DNA of 64,000 nucleotides from an uncultured bacterium (GTDB lineage: Bacteria > Krumholzibacteriota > Krumholzibacteriia > WVZY01), in NCBI GenBank assembly GCA_964654695.1, contig CAZZKJ010000002.1, forward strand, positions 1,363 to 65,362, written 5' to 3'. Both the position numbers and the translations under genes were made by a program. The notes under the pieces are model-generated. The model did not search any database and was not told the DNA's origin. It was given only the letters and a program-made list of their open reading frames with translations. Positions 45,695 to 54,601 of this stretch are shown here, in pieces; the stretch's first letter is position 1, and every line of letters starts with the position of its first letter.

Positions 45695-47910
45695 ATTTTA
45701 ATTTTCAGTTCTTGAGCAAGAAATGCGTACACATCGCTCAGTTCTTCGATGATTTTAGATGTAGGCTTGCCCCCGCCGTGACCCGCCTTGGTTTCGATGC
45801 GGATCAGTATGGGGTTCCGGCCCGTGTCATTAGCCTGCAGCGCGGCGGTGAATTTCTTGGCGTGCATCGGAACCACGCGGTCGTCGGTGTCGGCCGACGT
45901 TACCAATGTCGGAGGGCATGTCATGCCCGGTTTGACATTATGCAGCGGCGAATACTTGTATAGAAATTTGAAGTGTTCGGGATTCTCTTCGGCATTGCCG
46001 TACTCCGGCGTCCAGTAGCGGCCTACAGTGAATTTGTGGTAGCGCAGCATATCGGTAACCGGGACCCGGCTTACTACCGCTCCGAAAAGATTGGGTCTTT
46101 GGAGCATACAGGCCGCGACCAGGAGTCCGCCGTTGCTGCCACCCATAATGGCGAGTTTTTTCGTGCTGGTGTATTTTTTCTTTATCAAGTGTTCGGCGGC
46201 GCCGATAAAATCATCGAACACGTTTTGCTTATTCCCCAGCATCCCTGCCTTGTGCCACTCTTCGCCGTATTCATTGCCGCCGCGCATGCACGCGACCGCG
46301 TATATGCCCCCCTTTTCGAGCCATGGCAGAACCGAAGTCGAAAAATACGGTTTCAGGCTGATATTGAACCCCCCGTAGCCGTAGAGGATGGCCGGATTAT
46401 CACCGTTCATCTTGATATTCTTCTTGTGGGTTATAAAAATGGGAATCTTTGTGCCGTCTTTGGATGAGGAGAAAATCTCGTGTGTCTCGTAACCGGATGG
46501 GTCGAAATCAATATCGGAGCTGCGGAACACCGCGACTTTCTCGGAACCGAAATCATAACGGTATGCCGTGTACGGAAACAGGAATGACGTGAAACCAAAA
46601 AACATTTCCTTATCCTCGCGCCTTCCCGAGAGCCCCCGCACCGACCCGACGGTCGGCAGTTCTATCTCGCGCACGAATCCGCCGCCGGTATCGAATATTT
46701 TCATTATATTATGAGCGTCGTGCATATAGGCGACAACAAGACGGTTATCAACCATAGTTGTGAAATCGATAACGTCTTCTTGCTGGGGCACGATATCGCG
46801 CCAGTTCTCTTTGCCGGGATCTTTCAAATCGACTGCGATTATTTTGCCCCGGGGCGCATCGAGCTTGGTCTGAAAATAGAATACCGTGCCAATATTATCT
46901 ATCGGAGAATACTCCGCCTCTTCCACTTCCATCAGTACCTTGAAAGGCTCGTTCGAGTTCACTTTCCGGTAGTAGATACCGTTCCTGTCATCAGTACCGT
47001 GGTAAACGTAGATAAGGAGATACCTGCCGTCGTCAGTTATCATAGGAGCGAACCCGAGTTCTTTCTGTTCGGGTCTTTCGTATACGAGCACATCCTCTGC
47101 CTGCGGAGTACCCAGTTTGTGCCAGTAAACGCGGCTGAAGCTGTTGCGGTCATCTTCGGCAACCTCGCCCTCGGCGGGGAAACGGTTGTAAAAGAATCCG
47201 GAGTTATCGTGCTTCCATGCGATCGAGCTGAATTTGCACCATTTTATCAGTTCATCGTAATCGCGGCCCTTGTCGATATCACGCACCCGTATCTCCTGCC
47301 AGTCGCTGCCGCTGGAGGACAGTCCGTAGGCGAGCAGCCTGCCGTCTTCGCTGTAGGATTGATTTCTCAGGGCTACGGTCCCGTCTTCGGAGAGCTTGTT
47401 CGGATCGATGACAACCGCCGCTTCGCCGTCCAGGGATTTTTGCATATAGAGAACCGATTGATTTTGCAGGCCGTCGTTCTTTGAAAAGAAATAGCGGTCA
47501 CCGTGTTTATAAGGCAGAGAATAGCGCGGGTAGTTCCATAGTTCTTTCATGCGCTTTTCAATCCGCGCGCGCGCCGGGATAGCATCGATGAACGAATGCG
47601 TGAGCTCGTTCTCCGCGGCGACCCAATTCATGGTTTCCTGGGACGCGGGATCCTCCATCCAGCGGTATGGATCCGGAACATCCGTGCCGTGATAGTTCGT
47701 TACGACATCGCCTTTTCGGGCCTCTGGGTATGAGAACTTCTCGGCGCTCACCTGTGTCATCAGGGAGGCCGACAGAAGTACTGCCGCCGCAGCGGCGAAG
47801 AGCTTATTCAGGGATTTCGACCGGCGTTTCGCCGCAATCTGGGGCGGATTACCAAGGGAAAGTAATGTGGGTATATAATGGAGCGGGTGATCCTGATTGT
47901 AAGTTCGCAT
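45691..47910 (-). CDS. Prolyl oligopeptidase family serine peptidase (S9A), secreted
   Basis: Catalytic Ser in 'LAIMGGSNGGLLVAACMLQRP'. Asp/His region 'LVTSADTDDRVVP...GHGGG'. The N-terminal beta-propeller has a signal-like 'LFAAAAAVLLSASLMTQVSA'. 739 aa. The stop overlaps the start of the radical SAM gene by 4 bp. Confidence 0.8.
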   Translation of the reverse strand: MRTYNQDHPLHYIPTLLSLGNPPQIAAKRRSKSLNKLFAAAAAVLLSASLMTQVSAEKFSYPEARKGDVVTNYHGTDVPDPYRWMEDPASQETMNWVAAENELTHSFIDAIPARARIEKRMKELWNYPRYSLPYKHGDRYFFSKNDGLQNQSVLYMQKSLDGEAAVVIDPNKLSEDGTVALRNQSYSEDGRLLAYGLSSSGSDWQEIRVRDIDKGRDYDELIKWCKFSSIAWKHDNSGFFYNRFPAEGEVAEDDRNSFSRVYWHKLGTPQAEDVLVYERPEQKELGFAPMITDDGRYLLIYVYHGTDDRNGIYYRKVNSNEPFKVLMEVEEAEYSPIDNIGTVFYFQTKLDAPRGKIIAVDLKDPGKENWRDIVPQQEDVIDFTTMVDNRLVVAYMHDAHNIMKIFDTGGGFVREIELPTVGSVRGLSGRREDKEMFFGFTSFLFPYTAYRYDFGSEKVAVFRSSDIDFDPSGYETHEIFSSSKDGTKIPIFITHKKNIKMNGDNPAILYGYGGFNISLKPYFSTSVLPWLEKGGIYAVACMRGGNEYGEEWHKAGMLGNKQNVFDDFIGAAEHLIKKKYTSTKKLAIMGGSNGGLLVAACMLQRPNLFGAVVSRVPVTDMLRYHKFTVGRYWTPEYGNAEENPEHFKFLYKYSPLHNVKPGMTCPPTLVTSADTDDRVVPMHAKKFTAALQANDTGRNPILIRIETKAGHGGGKPTSKIIEELSDVYAFLAQELKIKM

Positions 47911-48172
47911 GAAATCCTCCCTTTGGGTTCACTAGCCTTGCCAACCGTTATTATGTCTGAGGTGCGTTCTATCGATACATGATTGAAAAAAGATAAGTAA
48001 TATATAAACCATCCGGACAACAGGAGAAAATGAAATTTTGTAAAGTTTTGCCGCCGTTCGGGTTAACTTGTTGAAATTGGGGATATTTGTGATATGATGA
48101 ATATCGATTCCAATAAAACCTTTTGCGATATGGTGAGGATACCGCAGGGCATCCAACCGGAGGCGTACAAGC

Positions 48173-48604
48173 ATGTCTCTTCAGAAACTTCCTGCAGAAT
48201 ATCTTTCCGACCTGGCTAGACAGTTTTGTTTCATCAGCGCGTTTTTGGGCGGCTGTTCCGCAACTTTTCTGGGCGCTCTATTGATGACAGAATCAAAGAT
48301 TCGTCCTGTCGGCGAGGCCATTCGCACGGCCGCGCTTGCTGCAGGAGCATTCACGATAGCCGCCATTTCTGCAGCGATGCTCGCAGCCGCTCTCCATCCG
48401 AACGCCCCGGCATCCGTGGCTGAAAATGCTTCGATTCTGCACGCGAGAATAGTAACAGTTCTTTTTTTCCTTATCGGCGTTTGCAGTTTTCTTGTAACGA
48501 TAGGAATAAGCGGCTTCATCCATTCCAGAAAAACCGGCATCATTACTCTAATTATTTCCGTGATAAGCTGCATTTTCGCAACATGGGCTATGGTCGGGTT
48601 TTGA
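48173..48604 (+). CDS. Small hypothetical membrane protein (4 TM)
   Basis: Four hydrophobic helices. No motif. The antisense ORF 48181-48573 was judged spurious. Confidence 0.35.
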   Translation: MSLQKLPAEYLSDLARQFCFISAFLGGCSATFLGALLMTESKIRPVGEAIRTAALAAGAFTIAAISAAMLAAALHPNAPASVAENASILHARIVTVLFFLIGVCSFLVTIGISGFIHSRKTGIITLIISVISCIFATWAMVGF

Positions 48605-48660
48605 TTAGATATTGAGAATCAACCCGAAAATCGACTATTGATTATCGTCGGCATGAAGGA

Positions 48661-49185
48661 TTGAATAAATTATCCTTGGCTTTCGAGAGGCGGATAACGA
48701 GAGTGATCGCGGCGGGACACGCGATTGATTACATGAAAAGCATGAACGCTATATTTTATTGGCTGCACATGTGGCTCTACAGAAAACACAAAAAATTCAT
48801 GACGCGTCTGACCGAGAAGAAGTTCATGAGCTCCAAGGAAAGCATTCCGGGATGGATGGTAAAACATCTGATGTATATAACCAAAAAAGATAAACCTCTG
48901 GACGCATTGGAGACCTATCTGTTGATGAATGCGCAAAACATTCATTCGGAACTCGTAATGCAGGATATCCTGCTGCTGTCGGGAGAGGGTGATCATTTTA
49001 TACCGAACAAAATGCCGGCCATGCAGGAGAATGCGCTGATAAACGCAAGATCGGTGGCATCGAGAATGTTCACAAAAGAGGAGAATGCACAGAATCACTG
49101 CCAGGTCGGGAATATCGGTCTCTCGCTGGAAGTGATGGTAAAGTGGCTGGATACAGTGACGATAGACCCAAAGGAACCAATATGA
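48661..49185 (+). CDS. Hypothetical protein, possibly a C-terminal fragment of an alpha/beta hydrolase
   Basis: 'LLLSGEGDHFIPNK....NAQNHCQVGNIG' resembles the Asp/His end of the alpha/beta-hydrolase catalytic triad, but no GxSxG nucleophile elbow is present. The antisense ORF 48670-49188 has low-complexity, odd composition and was judged spurious. Confidence 0.3.
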   Translation: MNKLSLAFERRITRVIAAGHAIDYMKSMNAIFYWLHMWLYRKHKKFMTRLTEKKFMSSKESIPGWMVKHLMYITKKDKPLDALETYLLMNAQNIHSELVMQDILLLSGEGDHFIPNKMPAMQENALINARSVASRMFTKEENAQNHCQVGNIGLSLEVMVKWLDTVTIDPKEPI

Positions 49186-49706
49186 CAATCACCGGCTTCG
49201 ACGCAGTCTCGGCCCCGGACGCACACTCTCTCATTCTAGGCACCATGCCGGGCGAAAAATCGCTCCGCGCGGGGGAATATTACGCCCATCCCCGCAACGC
49301 CTTTTGGAGGATCATGGGAGAACTATACGGATTCGCTCATGACGCGCAATATCAAATAAGGCTCGAAAGTCTGACATCGAACGGCGTGGCCCTATGGGAC
49401 GTACTCGGAGCATGCGAGCGCACGGGTTCGCTCGACTCCAATATCAAAATGAAAAGCGCGAAGCCGAATAATTTGCAATTATTCCTGACCGAGCATCCGG
49501 GAATTACGCGGATCTTCTTTAACGGCAAGAAAGCCGCCGATCTGTTCGGGCGCCTGGTGCTTCCAAAGCTTCCTCCCAAATCCGGAATGCCGGGCATATT
49601 GATCATGCCTTCCACCAGCCCAGCCAACGCTCATCTCAGTTATAAAGACAAATTCTTGCAGTGGAAGAGAATTAAATCGGTTTCTCGTCTCTCATATGTT
49701 TATTGA
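49182..49706 (+). CDS. UDG-superfamily DNA glycosylase (DNA-deoxyinosine / hypoxanthine-DNA glycosylase-like)
   Basis: 'LILGTMPGEKSL' (the G-x-x-P-G active-site loop) and 'HPRNAFWRIMGEL' (the HPxNxFW motif of family-6-type UDGs). Start at ATG 49182 ('MTITGFD'). Confidence 0.6.
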   Translation: MTITGFDAVSAPDAHSLILGTMPGEKSLRAGEYYAHPRNAFWRIMGELYGFAHDAQYQIRLESLTSNGVALWDVLGACERTGSLDSNIKMKSAKPNNLQLFLTEHPGITRIFFNGKKAADLFGRLVLPKLPPKSGMPGILIMPSTSPANAHLSYKDKFLQWKRIKSVSRLSYVY

Positions 49707-50063
49707 TCCTCGTGGCCGGAATCAATCATTTGATAAGCTCGCGCAGCTCCTGATTTTTTGGGCTTTCCCGGTGCGGCCCGGATACGCCACGCGGACGGCA
49801 ATATAGTCAATAATGATATCCGGCGCTTAGGTTTTGCTTCCATCAGCAGTAGCCCGGGCCCTGTATGCCTGCAAGGGAGGTTAAAACATGATAAATTTGT
49901 GAAGATATCGTGGCCATAATCATGACCAATGATGCGTGCTTGAAGGACGACCTGCCGTCAACTGTTGTAATACTAACACCTTAAGATGACGCGGCGATAG
50001 TATCGGTCATTATGAACAAATCATTAGAAGATTAAACGTTTAGTAGTTGGAAAGGAGTGGCAA

Positions 50064-50405
50064 ATGAGCGATCTATCTGGACAAAAATGTGAAGCGTGCC
50101 GGGTCGGGGCGCCTTTGGCGACTCGGAAACAGATCAACGAATTCATGCCTCAGATTCCGGATTGGGAGATAGTCGAAATAGACGGCATTAACAGGTTGAG
50201 CAGAACGTTTGAATTTGATAATTTTGCTGATGCCCTGTCATTTACGAACAAGGTCGGGGAGCTTGCGGAAAAAGAACAGCATCATCCTGCAATTCTGACC
50301 GAATGGGGCAAAGTCACCGTGTCGTGGTGGACTCATAAAATAGGAGGGCTGCACATCAACGACTTTGTCATGGCCGCCAAGACGGATGCGGCTGCTTCAT
50401 CATAA
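50064..50405 (+). CDS. Pterin-4a-carbinolamine dehydratase (PCD/DCoH)
   Basis: '[23 protein letters not shown]' is the [EDK]-H-H-P signature. 113 aa. A strong SD (GGAAAGGAG) lies upstream. Confidence 0.8.
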   Translation: MSDLSGQKCEACRVGAPLATRKQINEFMPQIPDWEIVEIDGINRLSRTFEFDNFADALSFTNKVGELAEKEQHHPAILTEWGKVTVSWWTHKIGGLHINDFVMAAKTDAAASS

Positions 50406-50506
50406 CGCAACCCTTAATAAGATCATGGCCAAGTTAACCGCGCGGCCGGGCTTAAATTAATACTACTTCAAGAATCAATGCGCCGCTTAATAGAGAAGCC
50501 AACGCT

Positions 50507-51238
50507 ATGAAACACGACCTGCAGCATTATTACAGCACAGTAGTGGCTGAGGGTTTGTATTCAAACGAGAAAAACCTCGAGTTCAATCTGAGCATGGTTT
50601 TCAACGAAATTAACTTTGAAAACGCGCGTTTTTTGGAAGTCGGCGGCGGCCGCGGCCTGCACAGTTTTTACGCCGCGTGCAGGGGTGCGCTCGAAGTCAT
50701 CTGCCTCGAACCCGAAGCCGCCGGCAGTACATCGGGCGTGGTGGAAAAGTTTCGCAGGATCAGCAGCTTACTGGGAGTCAAAAACGTCGATCTCGAACCG
50801 GCAACGTTTCAGGATTTTGAACCCCGGGACAAACTTTTTGACATCATACTGCTCCATGATTCTATCAACCACCTGGATGAAGACGCTTGTATCAATCTGC
50901 TAAATAACGATTCATCGAAAACTGCCTACAAAAATCTTTTCCATAAACTGGCTTCTATGGCTGATACCGGGGCTTCCCTGATCATATGCGACTGCTCCCG
51001 CTTCAATTTCTTCGCTTCGTTGGGCATAAGGAATCCCCTGACTCCAAATATAGAATGGCATAAACACCAATCTCCGTCGGTGTGGATCTCCATGCTAATC
51101 GAAGCGGGGTTCGGCAGGCCGCGGACGAAGTGGATTTCTTTCAACCGGTTCGGTTCTTTGGGACAGCTTATCACCGGCAATAAATTCGCGTCGTATTTTC
51201 TAAAAAGTTACTTTTGCCTTGCTATGAAAAAACTTTAG
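50507..51238 (+). CDS. Class I SAM-dependent methyltransferase
   Basis: Motif I 'FLEVGGGRGLHSFYAA' and acidic 'CLEPE'. 243 aa. Confidence 0.65.
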   Translation: MKHDLQHYYSTVVAEGLYSNEKNLEFNLSMVFNEINFENARFLEVGGGRGLHSFYAACRGALEVICLEPEAAGSTSGVVEKFRRISSLLGVKNVDLEPATFQDFEPRDKLFDIILLHDSINHLDEDACINLLNNDSSKTAYKNLFHKLASMADTGASLIICDCSRFNFFASLGIRNPLTPNIEWHKHQSPSVWISMLIEAGFGRPRTKWISFNRFGSLGQLITGNKFASYFLKSYFCLAMKKL

Positions 51239-51446
51239 CTTCGGCATCTTTGCACCATAAATATTATTTAGTCGAGAAGAGCGCCCCTCCCTACCACGAC
51301 GTTTGGGTTTTTACTTTGAAGATTTCGCAAATTCGAAAAAGCCGGGCAGGGACCGTTTCTCACAATTGACTTTGCCTTTCTTGCCATATGGTTTATTTTA
51401 TCCTCACAGTATTAGCCCTTACGCAAATCAAGGAACGGGGATTATC

Positions 51447-53087
51447 GTGAAAGCATCGGACCTGTTCGTGAAAGTTTTGGAGAATGAAGGGGTTGAATAC
51501 ATATTCGGGCTTCCAGGCGAAGAGAACCTGGATCTGCTCGACTCGCTTAAGAATTCCTCCATTGAATTGATTATCACCCGTCATGAACAAGGTGCAGGAT
51601 TCATGGCCGCCACGTACGGAAGGCTTACGGGAAAACCAGGAGTGTGCTTATCGACTTTGGGGCCGGGCGCCACCAACCTTGTCACCCCGGCGGCCTACGC
51701 CCAGCTCGGCGCCATGCCCATGATGATGATAACCGGACAAAAACCCATCAAGAAAAGCAAACAGGGCAAATTCCAGATAGTGGATATAATAGAATTGATG
51801 CGTCCCATCACGAAATTTACGCGGCAGATAGTAAACGGCAATAATATTCCATCGGTGATCAGGGAGGCGTTTCGCCAGGCCACGGAAGAACGGCCGGGCG
51901 CGGTTCATATAGAACTGCCTGAAGACATCGCCGTTGAAAATGCAGAAGAAAAAATAATCGAAGCCGACACGTACCGCAGGCCGGATGCTGATGAGAAAGT
52001 ATCGCGCCAGGCCGCAAAAATGATAGAACAGGCTTCCATGCCGCTGCTTTTAATCGGCGCCGGAGCCAACCGCAAAAGCACGAGCAAGGCCCTGACGGCA
52101 TTTATCGATAAAACCGGAATCCCCTTTTTCAATACGCAAATCGGCAAAGGCGTGGTCGACGAGAGGCATCCAAAATTTCTGGGCACGGCCGCTCTCAGCG
52201 ACAGTGATTTTATCCACTGCGCCATCGACAGGGCCAACCTGATAGTAAACATCGGTCATGATGTAGTGGAGAAACCGCCCTTTCTGATGGAAGTTGGCGG
52301 GAAAAAAGTCATTCATGTCAATTTTTTCCCTGCACAAATCGACGAAGTGTACTTTCCTCAACTCAACGTCGTTGGAGATATTACTACGTCGGTAATACAC
52401 ATAGCCCGCCATATAAAAAACATGAGCGGCTGGGATTTGTCTTATTTTGATCGGATAAAGACCGAAGTGGACGCTCACCTAGGGAAATATGCCGGTGATG
52501 ACCGTTTCCCGGTTCTTCCGCAAAGGCTCGTGAATATCGTTCGCGAAAAGCTCCCCGAAGATGGCATCGTCACGCTCGATAACGGAGTCTACAAAATATG
52601 GTTCGCGCGCAATTATAAATGCTATCGTCCCAATACTCTTTTGCTCGACAATTCCCTTGCCGCCATGGGCGCGGGACTCCCGAGCGCCCTGGCCGCTAAA
52701 ATGGTCCATCCCCGGAAAAAAGTAATATCGATAAGCGGCGACGGCGGATTTTTGATGAATTCACAAGAATTGGAAACGGCCGTTCGCATGGATTTGGATC
52801 TGGTCGTGATTATTCTCAACGACGGCGCATATGGAATGATCAAGTGGAAACAGGAAGGATTGGGATTTGACAGCTTTGGATTGGACTTTAATAATCCTGA
52901 TTTTGTAAAATACGCCGAGAGTTTCGGAGCTGCAGGATACAAACCCAAAAGCTGTGAAGAATTCTGCTCGATCCTGGAAAACTGTTTGGCTGCAAAAGGG
53001 ATTCATGTAATAGATCTTGATGTTGATTATTCGCTTAACCATTCGATTCTCAACGTGCTCCTGCGTGAAAAAACTTGCATTTTATAA
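51447..53087 (+). CDS. Thiamine-diphosphate-dependent enzyme of the acetolactate synthase large subunit family
   Basis: The N-terminal PYR domain 'SDLFVKVLENEGVEYIFGLPGEENL' carries the catalytic Glu. The TPP-binding motif is 'ISGDGGFLMNSQELETAVRMDLDLVVIILNDGAYGMI' (GDG...N). GTG start at 51447 with AGGAA RBS; the ORF track's upstream extension has no homology. Confidence 0.75.
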   Translation: MKASDLFVKVLENEGVEYIFGLPGEENLDLLDSLKNSSIELIITRHEQGAGFMAATYGRLTGKPGVCLSTLGPGATNLVTPAAYAQLGAMPMMMITGQKPIKKSKQGKFQIVDIIELMRPITKFTRQIVNGNNIPSVIREAFRQATEERPGAVHIELPEDIAVENAEEKIIEADTYRRPDADEKVSRQAAKMIEQASMPLLLIGAGANRKSTSKALTAFIDKTGIPFFNTQIGKGVVDERHPKFLGTAALSDSDFIHCAIDRANLIVNIGHDVVEKPPFLMEVGGKKVIHVNFFPAQIDEVYFPQLNVVGDITTSVIHIARHIKNMSGWDLSYFDRIKTEVDAHLGKYAGDDRFPVLPQRLVNIVREKLPEDGIVTLDNGVYKIWFARNYKCYRPNTLLLDNSLAAMGAGLPSALAAKMVHPRKKVISISGDGGFLMNSQELETAVRMDLDLVVIILNDGAYGMIKWKQEGLGFDSFGLDFNNPDFVKYAESFGAAGYKPKSCEEFCSILENCLAAKGIHVIDLDVDYSLNHSILNVLLREKTCIL

Positions 53088-53101
53088 TCTGAACTTTACT
53101 T

Positions 53102-53611
53102 ATGAATCCAACTAACACATTGGCGGCCGCACTTGCGTTTAGCCTGCTGGCAGGTCCCTGCAGCGTTCTGTGCGCAGCCGGCGGCCCATCCGCCAATTCT
53201 CCCGAGCCCCGCAATTCTCTGGGCATTGGCATCGGCCTGCCGCAGACGGTTGCCCTGACATATGAGAGGCAGTTAGAACCGGGTTTCGCCCTGCGTCTGC
53301 ACGCGGGAACTTTTTTCTTGATCAGTTCAGCAGGCGGACGCCTGCAGTGGGAGCGCGGAAAACACCGCTACCGGCCGTTCTTCTTTGCCGGGGGCGCCAT
53401 TATTCATGTTGTAGGGGAATACTCCCTTGATCCGGACGGAGCGGCCGGCTACCTGTGGCTGGGATCGGGATTGAATGTCAAGCTCCGGAGGTGGACGTTC
53501 TACGGCGAAGGCAGTATTCTATATGGCGGAGACCAGAATCACGGATTGGGCGAGAATTGGGTTTTTCCTTTTAACCCGGCCATGGCGGCGGGAATCATGT
53601 TTGGGTTCTGA
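53102..53611 (+). CDS. Small outer-membrane beta-barrel protein (hypothetical)
   Basis: Signal 'MNPTNTLAAALAFSLLAGPCSVLCAAG'. Gly/aromatic-rich strands. C-terminal 'GIMFGF' ends in Phe. Confidence 0.45.
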   Translation: MNPTNTLAAALAFSLLAGPCSVLCAAGGPSANSPEPRNSLGIGIGLPQTVALTYERQLEPGFALRLHAGTFFLISSAGGRLQWERGKHRYRPFFFAGGAIIHVVGEYSLDPDGAAGYLWLGSGLNVKLRRWTFYGEGSILYGGDQNHGLGENWVFPFNPAMAAGIMFGF

Positions 53612-53629
53612 TTGAAAACATAATCCAGT

Positions 53630-54532
53630 ATGCCCGACAAAGTTGAACAAAAATTTTTCACGGATATGCGGGGAGTAAAGCTCTTCTGCTTGATCGCTTT
53701 TTCCTACTCCTGGATAATATTCATAATCGTCGACATCTTTATACTTCCCGGATTGTTTCGCGCCGGGGACACCGCGAAGGTCTGGTTAATAGCTCTTTTC
53801 GGCCACATGCTCGCCATGGCCGGACCGGCCCTTGCTTCAGCGATTCTCTGGAAATTTTACCACAAAGAACACTTCCCGAGGTGGAAATGGAGCCGTCCCA
53901 AATACTACCTGCTGGCGGCCGGCTCGATGCTTGCTATTTGGACTCTTCCCTCGCTGCTGGGCTTAATTTTTGGGAATACACTTTCTTTGCGTTCACCGGT
54001 CGAAACGTTTGCATGGGTGGTTATCGGCGCCAGTTTTTCAATAGGATGGCTGGCCGGACTTGGAGAAGAAACCGGATGGACGGCCTATCTGCTGCCTCGA
54101 CTGGCTCCCCGCATGGGAAAGAGCCGCGCTCTCATCGCAGCCGGCATGATTCGCGGGCTCTGGCATATCCCGGTTCTGATCGGTCCCCGCGTAGCCCAAA
54201 CAATGGCCGGAGAAATAACAACCGCCAGATTGGCAGCGCTTTCCGTCATCTTTGTATTTCAACTGGTTGTTTCCAATGCGTTGTTCGGCGCACTCTTTGG
54301 GTCGGTATGGTACAAGACGGAAAGCCTGCCGCTTTTGGGATGGATGCACCAGTGGTTCGACGCGGCGCGCGATGTCACGGCGCTTATGGTAATTGGGTAC
54401 GCCGGCAGCGCGTGGTTTACCATCTATTGGGGAATCCCGTTCTATTTAGCGGCCGGGCTGTTCCTTACACAAACGGCGCGCGATGAAGGGGCAAACATGT
54501 GGACTCTTGCTCCGCCCCGCAATCCGGCTTGA
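53630..54532 (+). CDS. CPBP family intramembrane glutamic endopeptidase (CAAX protease/Abi-like)
   Basis: 'LAGLGEETGWTAYLLPRL' is the EExxxR motif 1. 'FGHMLAMAG' and 'RGLWHIP' lie in the histidine motif regions. About 8 TM helices. Confidence 0.65.
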   Translation: MPDKVEQKFFTDMRGVKLFCLIAFSYSWIIFIIVDIFILPGLFRAGDTAKVWLIALFGHMLAMAGPALASAILWKFYHKEHFPRWKWSRPKYYLLAAGSMLAIWTLPSLLGLIFGNTLSLRSPVETFAWVVIGASFSIGWLAGLGEETGWTAYLLPRLAPRMGKSRALIAAGMIRGLWHIPVLIGPRVAQTMAGEITTARLAALSVIFVFQLVVSNALFGALFGSVWYKTESLPLLGWMHQWFDAARDVTALMVIGYAGSAWFTIYWGIPFYLAAGLFLTQTARDEGANMWTLAPPRNPA

Positions 54533-54601
54533 TCACATCTTGCAAATAATCATCCCTATAGTTAAGCTGGCGTTGTTTAGATCCAATAGGCGCCTTCTCT
54601 T

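Noticed and set aside
46711-47484. 257-aa plus-strand ORF
   Set aside because: Antisense to the prolyl oligopeptidase gene.
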